Notes: generated by a model not told the origin, from the letters alone. 64,000 bases of DNA from Candidatus Parcubacteria bacterium (GCA_963718875.1 OY970378.1:947691-1011690), one strand, 5' to 3'. Positions 38,116 through 49,124 are shown, numbered from the stretch's first letter. Translations and numbers: made by a program.

Positions 38116-39321
38116 TTAAGTGGTGTGTGCCAACTGCCTTAAGCGTTTGACAATATGTGGTAGAACTTTTATTAGCTGGTCGATATCAGCCTTAGCCGAG
38201 CTCAAGCCGGTGGTAAAGCGTAAGCTGGCGCTAGCTTGCGCGCGACTACAACCGATAGCTAAAAGGACATGGGATGGGTCGGTTTTGCCGGTACTACAAG
38301 CAGATCCGGTTGAAGCCAAAATACCCTCTTGGTCAAGATAGAGTACCGCAGTCTCACCATTGATACCTGGAATTGTAATATTAATGTTATTGGACAGGCG
38401 CTTGGTGGGGTGGCCGTTTAGGGTTAGGTCGGGAATAACGGTCTTGAGCCCGAGCCAAGCATAATTTTTTAGTTCTGTTAAGCGCTCAGTCTCAGATTCA
38501 CGGCGAGCTTGGGCCAGCACTATGGCCGTTGCAAAACCGATTATGCCAGCCACGTTTTCCGTACCGCTACGAAGCCCGCGTTCCTGACCTCCTCCATAAA
38601 TAATCGGTTCAAGCGGAGTTCCGGTGCGGACATAAAGACCTCCGACTTGTTTCGGGCCGTATATCTTTGATCCATTAAAAGACATGAGATCAATGCCCAG
38701 ACGGCTGACATGTAAATCAAGGGCTCCGGCTGCTTGGCAGGCGTCAGTATGGAAATACAGTGGCGTTAGGATTTTGCGTTTAAGACGATCCTGGCGTATT
38801 GCTTGAATAGACTTGGCAATATCACCAATGGGTTGGATGGTGCCGATCTCGTTGTTGGCGTACATTACGCTCACAAGAATAGTGTGGTCATCAATTGCCC
38901 GCTCGACCACTTTGACATCCACTAAACCATCTGGATTAACAGGAATCACGCTCGTTTCATGGCCTTCACGTTTTAGTACAGGTAGGCAGGCTAAGACTGA
39001 ATCATGCTCTATGGCTGTAGTTACAAATTTATATGGTACTATGGAGCGGCTTAATGAACGTATGACACCAAGAATAGCTAAATTAACGCTTTCCGTCCCT
39101 CCGGCGGTAAAAATAACTTCGGTTTTTTTGGCGCCCAAGGTTTGAGCTACTTGCCATCGGGCATCTTCAACGGCGCCTTTAACAAGACGAGAGACCCGAT
39201 AAAGACTAGAGGGGTTATAAAAGTCTTGTTTTAGATACGGCTGCATGACTGCTAGAACCTGAGGATCAAGTGGAGTAGCTGCGGCGTGGTCAAGATATAT
39301 TGATTGCTTGTGTTTTGACAT
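38116..39321 (-). CDS. iscS: Cysteine desulfurase (IscS/NifS type)
   Basis: YLDHAAATP, NNEIGT, HTDACQ, KIYGPK, STGSACS. Confidence 0.93.
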   Translation of the reverse strand: MSKHKQSIYLDHAAATPLDPQVLAVMQPYLKQDFYNPSSLYRVSRLVKGAVEDARWQVAQTLGAKKTEVIFTAGGTESVNLAILGVIRSLSRSIVPYKFVTTAIEHDSVLACLPVLKREGHETSVIPVNPDGLVDVKVVERAIDDHTILVSVMYANNEIGTIQPIGDIAKSIQAIRQDRLKRKILTPLYFHTDACQAAGALDLHVSRLGIDLMSFNGSKIYGPKQVGGLYVRTGTPLEPIIYGGGQERGLRSGTENVAGIIGFATAIVLAQARRESETERLTELKNYAWLGLKTVIPDLTLNGHPTKRLSNNINITIPGINGETAVLYLDQEGILASTGSACSTGKTDPSHVLLAIGCSRAQASASLRFTTGLSSAKADIDQLIKVLPHIVKRLRQLAHTT

Positions 39322-39393
39322 GTTAGTGTAATATGCTTTAAGTTCTGTAATGAGTCAAGGACGTACTCGAGACTTGGGGCTAGGAGGTCCTTT

Positions 39394-39696
39394 ATGGGTA
39401 AGGTGCGTATGCTCGCAATTGTCGGGGGTGCGGCAGTAGTTGCCGGAGTTGTGAACCACGAGCTTGGTGACCCGCGTCCACGGCAAAAGGCACACCAGTG
39501 TCTTAGTAAGGCCGATGAGGCGCTTCGGAACGGAAACTCTGATGCAGCCAGGGGAATTGCTGCTGAGCTGAGAGAGTACGTTCGAAGGGTGCAGGGACCA
39601 GACAAGGTCGTTCCCTTCCTTGTCTGGTTGGACATTCGAGCACTGATCATCATCCACCCAGACCGTAACCGACACCGCCGCTGGCTCATACGCTGA
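39394..39696 (+). CDS. Hypothetical protein
   Basis: AGGAGG RBS; long hairpin terminator at ~39715-39765. Confidence 0.6.
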   Translation: MGKVRMLAIVGGAAVVAGVVNHELGDPRPRQKAHQCLSKADEALRNGNSDAARGIAAELREYVRRVQGPDKVVPFLVWLDIRALIIIHPDRNRHRRWLIR

Positions 39697-39924
39697 CCAA
39701 GCCGTGTTTTATCTACATCACCAAGTGCGGCTATTGTGCTGTACTTGGTGGTGTTTGTGTTTTTTTACAAACTTACCTGTTTACCAGCAAGCTTTTTCGA
39801 AATCTTTTAATAAAAATGTGTCGATCTAAGTCTTCTCTGCATCCAAATCCCATCTGTCCCAGGTGCTCTTATATCTTTTTGCAATATTGAAATTTGTAAT
39901 ACAATCCATTACAATACATTACAA

Positions 39925-40596
39925 ATGACAAGACATTCAAAAATTATAAACTTCTCCTTATCGCCCCAACAATATGACGAATTGGATAGCTTAGCCGTTG
40001 CTAGCGGACGTAATCGTAGCGAACTGATGCGGAGTATTATTAGTGCTTCGCTGCAAGGTATGAAACAAAGGGATGTGGGATCGAATACAATTTTTAGAGA
40101 AAATAATGCGGACATAGCTAGTATGTTAAAAGATTTTTGGCTAGCCCGTACTAGCTCGCCTTTAGAAATAAAGGTAGCGGGTTTAATTATTGCCGTTAAC
40201 GATGAGGGTCGGGTTTTAATTGGCAAGCGCCATCAGACCGATCCTAACGTGCCAAACCTGACCTGGTCTTTTCCTGGAAGTCGCTTACAAACTTTGGACT
40301 TTCAGAAAGAGTTAACCAAGAGCTTCCATGAACGCACCGGTTTACATGTAAACATTAATAAAGTAGTAGCTGCTCGTGTAATTCCCGAAAGCGGCCAAAA
40401 CGGCGCACAAGTTGTTGCCTTGTATGCACATGGTCCCGTCCAAGGGAACCAGCACTTTACCGCTCAAGCCCCTTATTCGGAACTCAAGTGGGTCAAGCCT
40501 TTGGATGTATTCAAGTATTTTACAAGCTCAACTACCGACGAAGTCACCGCTTTTTTAAATAGTTTGGACAGCGCTTCAGACTTTGATCCCAAATAA
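39925..40596 (+). CDS. Ribbon-helix-helix (CopG-like) plus degenerate NUDIX fusion, putative regulator
   Basis: IINFSL...ELDSLA...NRSELMRSII followed by VLIGKR...WSFPGS...HERTGL. Confidence 0.75.
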   Translation: MTRHSKIINFSLSPQQYDELDSLAVASGRNRSELMRSIISASLQGMKQRDVGSNTIFRENNADIASMLKDFWLARTSSPLEIKVAGLIIAVNDEGRVLIGKRHQTDPNVPNLTWSFPGSRLQTLDFQKELTKSFHERTGLHVNINKVVAARVIPESGQNGAQVVALYAHGPVQGNQHFTAQAPYSELKWVKPLDVFKYFTSSTTDEVTAFLNSLDSASDFDPK

Positions 40597-41451
40597 CTCT
40601 GCCGCATTGCGGCTCGTGGCATTCCCGAGAGTATTGAATGATTCCCCTCTTAACTGTGCTAAAAACTCGGCAGTAAATTTAGCATTTGCCGGTTCATTCA
40701 CTTTTCCTCGTCTTGGCACTGGGGTTAAAAACGGGCAGTCTGTTTCTAGTACTAGGTTCTGTAACGGAACAGCTTTTGCAGCTGCCAGCTGTACCTCGTC
40801 CTTGGTAAAAGTCATGATGCCATTAAGCGCTATGAGGAAACCCCGCTCAACAGCTTTTTTCATATTAGCCGTTGTGCTGCTAAAACAGTGTACTATGCCA
40901 CGCAGTCCTGGATACTCGTCCACAATTCTAAAAAAATCATCAAAAGCATCGTCGCCTGTGCCTGCGGCTATCGATGGAGCTGAGGGTCGTACATGCCACA
41001 CCATCGGTTTATTGTACTCCAGGGCAAGTTCAATTTGAATTCGAAAAGCCTGCTCCTGCCATTGGCGGGTGGCAGAAGTCAAACTTTTGATCTTAGTCTG
41101 TGGGTAATCTGGATTTGAAGTCTGACTTTGATCTGGTCGGCCCTTCTCTAGTCGATAATAGTCTAAACCGCACTCACCAATTGCAACCACCTTAGGATAT
41201 GATAATAGCCTCCTAAAGGTTACTGGCCAGGTAGCATTATTTGCAATGCTTGCGTCTTCGGGGTGTAAGCCTACTGTGGCATAAACTTCTTGGTATTTGT
41301 TGGTTACCTCCACAGCTTCAACACTATCAGCCTCGTTCGTGCCCACGTTCACGATTACATTAATGCCAGCAACATGAGCATTCTCTACTACTTCATCAAT
41401 CCGGTTTTTAAGCCCTTCATGGTGCAGATGGGCGTGAGTGTCGATCAACAA
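40576..41451 (-). CDS. tatD: TatD family DNase with repeat-derived insertion
   Basis: DTHAH, GLHP, IGECGLDY, HCF, ETDCPFL. Confidence 0.95.
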   Translation of the reverse strand: MLIDTHAHLHHEGLKNRIDEVVENAHVAGINVIVNVGTNEADSVEAVEVTNKYQEVYATVGLHPEDASIANNATWPVTFRRLLSYPKVVAIGECGLDYYRLEKGRPDQSQTSNPDYPQTKIKSLTSATRQWQEQAFRIQIELALEYNKPMVWHVRPSAPSIAAGTGDDAFDDFFRIVDEYPGLRGIVHCFSSTTANMKKAVERGFLIALNGIMTFTKDEVQLAAAKAVPLQNLVLETDCPFLTPVPRRGKVNEPANAKFTAEFLAQLRGESFNTLGNATSRNAAELFGIKV

Positions 41452-41540
41452 TTTTTATTTCTCCAATTTTTATTTTTCATTTATGCCCTTTGCCGTCCCG
41501 GACCGTCAGCAGACGGTTGAGCCGGGTTCCACCAACAGCC

Positions 41541-42989
41541 TTATTCGACACTCGTAACTTCAACATGCTCGAGCCGGGGAAAAAGAATGCCCACATCCAT
41601 ATTTACTTTGCCGTTTTGGAAGGTTTGACTAATTTTGGCGCTAGTCTCCGGTAGAAACGGTAGTAGCAAATCAGCCACTTGAAGTAAGTCAGCGACTAAA
41701 TGTAGCAAAACTTCTTTTAGGTGACCATCATTGGTTTTGGCCAATACCCAAGGCTTTTCTTCTTCGATCAACTGATTTAAGCCGCGGATGGTTTGCCATA
41801 TTTCGCCCAACGCTCGGTCAAGCTGAAATTGGCCGACAGCTTCGTACACAGGCGAAGCATCGTGCGAATGAGCCTCAACTGGACCAGTAACGCCATCTAG
41901 ATATTTAACAATCATGCTGGCTGTGCGCTGCACAAGATTGCCAAGGTCGTTGGCGAGCTCTGTAGTGTAGAGCGTTTCAAACCGTGAGTAACTAAAATCC
42001 CCATCCGAGCCAAGGGGAATTTCTCGGAGCAAATAGTAGCGTAAGGGATCGATGCCATATTTGGCCGTAAGCTCAAGAGGGTCAATGGCGTTACCCAATG
42101 ACTTGGAAATTTTGGTTCCTTCAATGGTGAAAAATCCATGAGCGACAACTTTTTCAGGTAAATCTAATTTTGCGCTCATAAGCATGGCCGGCCACATAGT
42201 ACAGTGAAACCGAATAATATCCTTACCAACAACATGCACATTGGGTGGCCACCATTGCTTATACTTGTCGCCCGGGAAGCCGGCGGCAGTCAAATAATAT
42301 GTAAGCGCATCAAACCAAACATATACTACTTGGTCTTTATCGTTAGGGAAAGGGATTCCCCAGTCTTTAAGTTTGCGTGAAATACTAATATCTTTAAGCC
42401 CGCTCTCTAGAAAAGACACGACCTCGTTGCGGCGTGTTTCTGGAGCTATAAACCCAGGGTTGGACTTAATGTGGTCAAGTAATGGTTGCTGGTATTTACT
42501 GAGCTTAAAAAAGTAGTTTTCCTCTTTGAGCCACTCAGCTTTTTTGTTGTGGTCGGGACATACCCCTTTTACCAATTCATCTTCGGTCTTAAAAGATTCA
42601 CAGCCCACGCAATACCAGCCTTCATACTCACCCTTGTAAATATCATCAGCCGCTTCCACGCGTTTGATAAACTCATAAACGGTTTTTTGGTGATCAGAGC
42701 TGGTGGTTCGAGTAAACTTATCGTGGCTTATACCCAGTTCCTTCCAAGTTGTTTCCCAAACTTCAGCCATTCCGTCGGCATAGACTTTGACATCTTTGAC
42801 TTCGGCTTTCTCGGCCGCCTGAGTGGTTTTTTGGCTGTTTTCGTCCGTTCCGATTGAAAATAACACTTCATCATTGTGTTGACGATGAAAACGCGCCAAT
42901 ACGTCTGCCACGATGGTGGAATAGGTGTGGCCGATGTGCGGCTTATCATTAATGTAGTAGATGGGAGTTGTAACGTAAAATTTGCTCAT
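41541..42989 (-). CDS. metG: Methionyl-tRNA synthetase (short form)
   Basis: PHIGH, YVWFDAL, GKDIIRFH, KISKS. Confidence 0.96.
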   Translation of the reverse strand: MSKFYVTTPIYYINDKPHIGHTYSTIVADVLARFHRQHNDEVLFSIGTDENSQKTTQAAEKAEVKDVKVYADGMAEVWETTWKELGISHDKFTRTTSSDHQKTVYEFIKRVEAADDIYKGEYEGWYCVGCESFKTEDELVKGVCPDHNKKAEWLKEENYFFKLSKYQQPLLDHIKSNPGFIAPETRRNEVVSFLESGLKDISISRKLKDWGIPFPNDKDQVVYVWFDALTYYLTAAGFPGDKYKQWWPPNVHVVGKDIIRFHCTMWPAMLMSAKLDLPEKVVAHGFFTIEGTKISKSLGNAIDPLELTAKYGIDPLRYYLLREIPLGSDGDFSYSRFETLYTTELANDLGNLVQRTASMIVKYLDGVTGPVEAHSHDASPVYEAVGQFQLDRALGEIWQTIRGLNQLIEEEKPWVLAKTNDGHLKEVLLHLVADLLQVADLLLPFLPETSAKISQTFQNGKVNMDVGILFPRLEHVEVTSVE

Positions 42990-43126
42990 TTTTTGACTCT
43001 CTCGCGAATAAACAATTAGGTATTATGAATTAAGGGTTAGGGCTTTAATGTTGCAGCTTGGGTCCTTCTAAAAATAAGACGAAAAGACGGATGAGTGACG
43101 CGCAATCATTATTCTTTATTCATAAT

Positions 43127-44995
43127 TCATTCTTCGCGTTTCTGCTGGCGTGAGCGTAATTTTACCATGACCAAAGGCAAGCCGGCAATCAAGAGCAGGG
43201 CCGGAACGGCTATCACTGTTATATATGACGACTCCACGCGAGACGTAGCAAGCACCAGTGTTTGGCCATTGGCAGAACGGGATAATTTAACCTCAGGCGC
43301 ATTATTCCATCCTCCCCCCACTATTAGGCGATTGATTGTGCTGCGCTGGGAGGGGGCGAGCGAGCCTAGTTGGAGCTTTTCATTGCCAATAGACAAGGTG
43401 TTGTTATCACTAGCAATCCCAGGTTGGGAGGTATAACTGACGTGATCGATAGAGATGAACGGCAAAATTGCATAACGATGCACGCTGACTTTGCCGGTGT
43501 TTGGTACTGGAGTGACTTTGCTTTGGTAACTCAAAGTGGCTTTTTCATACTGATAATTTAGGTCTGCCCCGCCAGACATAACGGCTCCAGGCAGTCCATC
43601 TTGCTCCCCCCAGACTGCAAACGCAAAGTGGTCGAGGTCGCTTTTACCAAAGTCATTAAATTTTTCACCCCAAGTTGGGTCAAATGTCATCCAACCAATG
43701 CCGGGCACATATGCCTCCACCCAAGCATGAAGTGAGTCGTCAACTGCGGATGAGGTTTTAAGGTTGCCACTGTAAGCATACCCAATAGGCATGCGCGCAG
43801 GAATGCCTTGGCTGCGCAACATCCCGATCATAAGGTCTGCATACTCCAAACAAACAACGTTGGTGGGATTGGCTAGCGCTTTGGCAGCGCCTTGGCGAAT
43901 ATTGAATTTAATCTTGTCGTCGTTGTAGCTTAATTTATCAATAACGGCTTTATAGATAGCTTGGACGTTGTTGATAACTGGGGCATTAGGATCGGTTACT
44001 CTCCGAGCTTCGGCAGCCACGGCCCCTGTGGTTTGCCAATACTGGGAACTGCGGGTGTATTTTGATACAAGACTGGCTGGAATTGCCGATTTCTTACCGG
44101 AAGCACCCAAATCATACTCCAGATAGTTGACGGTGCCAGATACTTTAGTTTTAACTACAATGCTCTGATGCGGCTTTAAGCGGTAATCGGCTAAAACATT
44201 TCCGTCGGCGTCCAAACGGGTGCCACTGGGCTGGGGGTCAAGCGAGTTTATGATTGACTTCTGGTTGTTGAGGTCAGGAGGCAAGGTAATGGTGAGTCGA
44301 TGGGGCAAGGGGCTGTCGTTATTTAAGGGGAAGTTAAAATTGAGATTATAAATTGTGCTATCGCCAAAGGCTAGAGCCAGAGAATGCGCCACTAGGTCGG
44401 CTTTGGCAAAAGTATAATATTGGCGCCCTTCCGTAACGCCTCCTGAAGCCGCTTGGGCCCCAGCAAAGTGGGGATTTCCGAATTCAGCCGGCACGTCCAC
44501 AGTGGCCGTATAGGTATCACTGGGATCGCCTTCTTCGATAGATGGTACGTAGATGGTATGGGAGCTACCCTTGGTATCCACCAAACCTGTAGCTGTATAC
44601 GAAACATTAAATGCCCAGGTTTTGTTTTGGCCGTAGGTCTGGCGAGGAAAGTTGATATTTATTTCTTGGTAATTGTAACTTATCCCTCCCGACGTTCGTG
44701 TGTGTTTAGAGGTTGTAGCCGGGATGGCTGCACCATCGGCGTATTTAACGGTTACGCCAGAAATGCTATCGGTGGGGGTCAATAATTTTATGCCAGTCAA
44801 ATATTGACGGGCGGTATTATTTGTAACAGTGTAAACTTCGCTAACACTAGTCGTATCGTTAGTGTTAACGCGATAGGTTACGTTGGTGTCGTAGGTAAAA
44901 TTGACAGCCGCGGCAGTAGCTTGGGGTAATAAAATTGACGCAAAACTGGCAAACCAGATGACAAGAGTAAGCCAAATTTTTTTCCTGGGCGTCAT
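43127..44995 (-). CDS. Secreted transglutaminase-like domain protein with C-terminal anchor
   Basis: VCLEYA, GIPAR, HAWVE and FDPTW catalytic triad motifs. Confidence 0.88.
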   Translation of the reverse strand: MTPRKKIWLTLVIWFASFASILLPQATAAAVNFTYDTNVTYRVNTNDTTSVSEVYTVTNNTARQYLTGIKLLTPTDSISGVTVKYADGAAIPATTSKHTRTSGGISYNYQEININFPRQTYGQNKTWAFNVSYTATGLVDTKGSSHTIYVPSIEEGDPSDTYTATVDVPAEFGNPHFAGAQAASGGVTEGRQYYTFAKADLVAHSLALAFGDSTIYNLNFNFPLNNDSPLPHRLTITLPPDLNNQKSIINSLDPQPSGTRLDADGNVLADYRLKPHQSIVVKTKVSGTVNYLEYDLGASGKKSAIPASLVSKYTRSSQYWQTTGAVAAEARRVTDPNAPVINNVQAIYKAVIDKLSYNDDKIKFNIRQGAAKALANPTNVVCLEYADLMIGMLRSQGIPARMPIGYAYSGNLKTSSAVDDSLHAWVEAYVPGIGWMTFDPTWGEKFNDFGKSDLDHFAFAVWGEQDGLPGAVMSGGADLNYQYEKATLSYQSKVTPVPNTGKVSVHRYAILPFISIDHVSYTSQPGIASDNNTLSIGNEKLQLGSLAPSQRSTINRLIVGGGWNNAPEVKLSRSANGQTLVLATSRVESSYITVIAVPALLLIAGLPLVMVKLRSRQQKREE

Positions 44996-45239
44996 CCCAG
45001 CCCAACCATGTCATTCCCTATAGGAAGTGCCGCTACTGCGAAACGCTCCTGATAGGGAATCCAGGGTAGGTGGTGGTGGTGGTATTTCAGTTCCTGAATC
45101 ATTCTTTAATAATAGCCGTTGTGCTTAAGCGAGGCAAACGAGGATTTGGACGAAATTTATTAAAAGAAAAGCCGCCAGGCGCCCGGACCGTGTGTGGTCT
45201 GGCTACCTGGCGGACGTTGAGCTGCAGCACGAGACTCGG

Positions 45240-45638
45240 TCAAGCCGGAACGTTGGGTAGCGTGGCGTTGGCGTATGCCTCGAACGATGAGAAGCTGCGC
45301 GTATTGTCGGCGGGGTCGTACGGGAGCTCCACAATGACATCACGAGTGACGCAGTTGACGTGAACTGTCACGATTGCAATTGTGGAGCCAGCCCCTACTC
45401 GAATGTCAGAGAGTGCACAGACTTTGGACAGCTCCCAAACAAGCAGAGGTATGACTGCCGATGCGTCGATGTCGCTCCGTTGGGCAGCAAGATTGCGCAA
45501 CACTGATGCCGAGCAACGCAGGAACTCGTCCAGACTCGGCGTGTGATGAGCCCGAACATAAAGCATGATTTCGCCTTTTCCAGAAATTGCCCCGGAAACA
45601 ATTACTGCACCGCTGGTACTGGTCACGGCAACCTCCAT
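45240..45638 (-). CDS. Hypothetical protein
   Basis: Upstream TTGACC-N18-TATAAT; downstream hairpin at 45165-45215. Confidence 0.5.
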   Translation of the reverse strand: MEVAVTSTSGAVIVSGAISGKGEIMLYVRAHHTPSLDEFLRCSASVLRNLAAQRSDIDASAVIPLLVWELSKVCALSDIRVGAGSTIAIVTVHVNCVTRDVIVELPYDPADNTRSFSSFEAYANATLPNVPA

Positions 45639-45736
45639 GTAGGAATGTCACTCAGGTTGAGCTATTAGCTATTATAACACATTTTTAACACTTTGGTCAA
45701 TTTTATCGACCAAGCGATTTTTTTTGATTCTTCCAC

Positions 45737-46813
45737 ATGGTAAACTTTTTCCTAATGGAACTAATCAAACTTCCTGGCTTGGTCGATTTGCATGTACATC
45801 TTCGCGACCCGGGACAGACTCACAAAGAAGACTTTTTGACAGGTACAAGCGCGGCACTGGCCGGTGGTTATACGATGATCTTTGACATGCCAAATAACGC
45901 TACACCGATTACTACGGCCGAGGCGTTAGACGCTAAGATTGAGAGTGCTCAGTCTCAGATTGTCTGTGATGTGGGGTTTTATTTTGGCTCGCTCGGAGAC
46001 AATTTAAAGGAGTTTGCTAGCGTCCGAGATAAGGTTGTTGGTATCAAGCTTTATCTCAATATGACAACGGGCCAGTATCTGCTCGATACATCTAAACTGA
46101 TGGAAACCTTTGCTGCCTGGGACTCTACCAAACCAATTCTGGTGCATGCTGAGGATGAAAATGACATGTTGGGAGCTGTGATCGAGGCGGTCAAGGAGAC
46201 TGGGCAAAAAACTTACATTTGTCATTTGTCACAAGCATCGGAGCTGAAGAAAGTTATTGCCGCTAAAGATAAAGGGCTGCCAATCAGTTGTGGCGTTACC
46301 CCTCATCACCTTTTTCTAAACGATCAAGATGCTGTTCGCTTGGGTGGTTTTGGCCATATGAAACCAGTGCTCAAACCGCAGTCCGATGTGGACTTTTTGT
46401 GGGCGAATTTGGATGCGGTCGACGTGATCGAATCTGACCACGCGCCTCATACGAGGAGCGAAAAAGCCGAAGGGACATTTGGGGTACCGGGGCTGGAAAC
46501 GGCCCTGCCTCTATTGCTGCAAGCTGAGTACGAGGGTAAGATTTCGCGCGAAGATATTATTGATAAATGCCACACCGAACCCTTGAAGATTTTGGGTCTC
46601 GAGGCAGATTCGGACACCTATATTGAAGTGAGTCGAAAAGCCCACATTATTCACGACGAGGATCTAAAGACTAAGTGCGGCTGGTCGCCTTTTAAGGGCC
46701 AAGAAGTGCACGGAAAGGTCCAGACTGTTTACATACGTGGGCAAAAAGTTTATGAAAACGGGCAAATTCTAGCCCAGCCTGGTTCGGGCAGGATCATCGC
46801 GTCGACTGCTTGA
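45737..46813 (+). CDS. pyrC: Dihydroorotase
   Basis: DLHVHLRDPG, DMPN, HAE, PHHL, SDHAPH. Confidence 0.93.
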   Translation: MVNFFLMELIKLPGLVDLHVHLRDPGQTHKEDFLTGTSAALAGGYTMIFDMPNNATPITTAEALDAKIESAQSQIVCDVGFYFGSLGDNLKEFASVRDKVVGIKLYLNMTTGQYLLDTSKLMETFAAWDSTKPILVHAEDENDMLGAVIEAVKETGQKTYICHLSQASELKKVIAAKDKGLPISCGVTPHHLFLNDQDAVRLGGFGHMKPVLKPQSDVDFLWANLDAVDVIESDHAPHTRSEKAEGTFGVPGLETALPLLLQAEYEGKISREDIIDKCHTEPLKILGLEADSDTYIEVSRKAHIIHDEDLKTKCGWSPFKGQEVHGKVQTVYIRGQKVYENGQILAQPGSGRIIASTA

Positions 46814-47885
46814 TCTCAATCGCCAAGTTGGGATTCCACATGGCCCCCGTAGCACTCATAACGCAGTCGGCACCCAATGAGCGATATTCTTGATAGTCGC
46901 TTGGTGTCATAACACCACCAACACCAATAATTTCATATTTCAGGTTGTCGCGCTTGCGAATGCCATCTAGGCGCTTAACCATATCGAGGCCAGCCCATTT
47001 TATACTTGCCCCACACATTCCACTCTTAAGGCGCCCCTCGCCTGGCAAAGCCTGCTCTCCGTGCTCGTTTACAACTGGTGCAGCAATTGTGTTGATACTA
47101 GAAATAGCGCCGACATAGGGCACCATCTCGCGCACAATAGTTTCAAGCAGATCATTTTGGGCGGCACTAAAATAGCCAAGCTTGGCAATTAAAGGAACCT
47201 CTCCAATTTGCTGTTTAACACGTCGGCAAATTTCGGCTACAGCCTGCGGGGTATAGCACAACACGCCTTCACTGGCTACGTTGGGGCAAGATAAATTAAC
47301 TTCTATGGCTTTAACTCCGGCATCGGCAGCCATTTTAGCGGCTTCAGCAAAGTCGTCATAATAATCCTCGGATGAAAAGCCGTCCTTAATAGTACCGACA
47401 ACGCTTTTGATTAATATTTGACCTTCGGCCTGTGCGTCCAAAGCCTGCTTTACATCCGGAACCCAAAACTGAGGGCCCTTAGACGGGTTGCCAAACGAGT
47501 TTGTAATGGTTAGCTTATGCGGATGAGCATCAGTAGATTGCCGGCCGACCAACGGCTCCCGAGCTTTCTCCAAAGTGAGATCTCCGTCTACGTCGACATA
47601 TAGGACATTGGGGAAACTATTACAGTCAAACTGGGTGCTACGCTGGGTTTTATAGCAAACGACATCAAAGCCTTTAGCAAAAGCGGCGGTTACGTAGCGT
47701 CCGTGCAGCAATGGGCCGGCAGGGATACCGAATGGCTCATGTACAGGATACCCAAGAAAGGTGTATTTTGGCTCTCCTTGGTTTTGATATATTTCGGGAT
47801 CTACAAATTCGCCAAATGGACCGTCATTAAAGTTTTCTTCGTAACTCTTGGCCGGATCGTAGATTGGTTGGCTGACTAGTTTCAT
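46794..47885 (-). CDS. pyrD: Dihydroorotate dehydrogenase (class 1-like)
   Basis: NLSCPN, SINT, IIGVGGV; convergent with pyrC. Confidence 0.85.
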   Translation of the reverse strand: MKLVSQPIYDPAKSYEENFNDGPFGEFVDPEIYQNQGEPKYTFLGYPVHEPFGIPAGPLLHGRYVTAAFAKGFDVVCYKTQRSTQFDCNSFPNVLYVDVDGDLTLEKAREPLVGRQSTDAHPHKLTITNSFGNPSKGPQFWVPDVKQALDAQAEGQILIKSVVGTIKDGFSSEDYYDDFAEAAKMAADAGVKAIEVNLSCPNVASEGVLCYTPQAVAEICRRVKQQIGEVPLIAKLGYFSAAQNDLLETIVREMVPYVGAISSINTIAAPVVNEHGEQALPGEGRLKSGMCGASIKWAGLDMVKRLDGIRKRDNLKYEIIGVGGVMTPSDYQEYRSLGADCVMSATGAMWNPNLAIEIKQSTR

Positions 47886-47924
47886 ACTTGAAATAATAAT
47901 AACACTTTTTAAAAGAGGTGTTTT

Positions 47925-48785
47925 TTAATTAACTGTGGGCCGATTATCCGAGTTAGGCCGGTCAAAACGATCTTTGATATTTCCCCCTCCACCCGTATGA
48001 CGGCTGAGCGCACCGGCAGCTTTGAATAATAGTCCAGCCAGGATAATAACAACGCCCAAGACCGCTAAAAGTACTGCTGCTATGCCAAAGTTGTTGGCCA
48101 CCCCAGCCAATACAGATTTGAAAAAACTTATCAATACTGGAATAAGGGGGTTTTCCTTGGCCGTCGATTTTAGAAATGAATCCAGTAAACTGGGTGTGAA
48201 TTTGAATAGTATGAATACCAGCATTTCGGAGAAAGCCGCGCCAAAGCAAATTTTGGCACCCACTTTAAAACGATCCCAGCCTTTATTTATCAGCATTAGC
48301 AGTGTAAGTAACAGCAGTCCAATTACTGGAGCAGCAACTTTTATAAAATTGAGCCAACTAAATAATGTTTTCGCACCTTTGGCTTCTGGAATTGTGATTG
48401 GCTTATCTAGCGGGCTATCTGGTGGCACTTGGAACCCTTGGCGGTTAACTTCTGCGCTCAAGTCCGATAAATCCAAGCTTGGAGCTGGTGCATCGGCGGA
48501 GTAGTGAGCCTGCAAGCTTTCAATTAAAGGGTTGAGTTTGGTTTTAACATAAGTGCTGGAAATTGTATCTGCAAGAGCCTGACGAGCCACTAAGGCCTCG
48601 GGCGTTTCGCCACGCACTAGGCTGTGGGGAAGTGCTTGCGACACAGAATCATAAACCCCCGATGTTTCGGCCTTAGACTCCAAGTAACGGGCGTTTAATA
48701 GGGTGCTTGTAAGGATATAGGCGGAGACTGTGGCTGTAATAGCTAATATTACTACCGAACTAAGTAATTTGTGTAATAATTTCAC
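47925..48785 (-). CDS. Membrane protein
   Basis: N-terminal TM helix and three C-terminal TM helices. Confidence 0.75.
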   Translation of the reverse strand: MKLLHKLLSSVVILAITATVSAYILTSTLLNARYLESKAETSGVYDSVSQALPHSLVRGETPEALVARQALADTISSTYVKTKLNPLIESLQAHYSADAPAPSLDLSDLSAEVNRQGFQVPPDSPLDKPITIPEAKGAKTLFSWLNFIKVAAPVIGLLLLTLLMLINKGWDRFKVGAKICFGAAFSEMLVFILFKFTPSLLDSFLKSTAKENPLIPVLISFFKSVLAGVANNFGIAAVLLAVLGVVIILAGLLFKAAGALSRHTGGGGNIKDRFDRPNSDNRPTVN

Positions 48786-49124
48786 TTGGCTATCATAGCG
48801 CTAATGTTTTATGATTGGCAAACTGCGGTTTTAACGCCCCTTCTATCCTTATAGCTTACGTTACTCCCTGAGCTTGTCGAAGGGTCGGACCGGCTTTGCC
48901 TCTCTTAGTATGATAACGATGAAAACTTAGGGTTTAAGAGGTGCTGAACAGTAGGAGCGGCCATGCTCCGCGGCGCATCTGGTGACTCAATACTGGCCTT
49001 CCTCTTCAGTATGACGATTAGAATATTTGGTTCAACAAAAGTTGGTGGATCCTGAAATAAATTCAGGATGACAAACAAGGGGGGAGGCGATGATGACAGG
49101 AGGGATGTGGAGGGAAGAGTTGGA

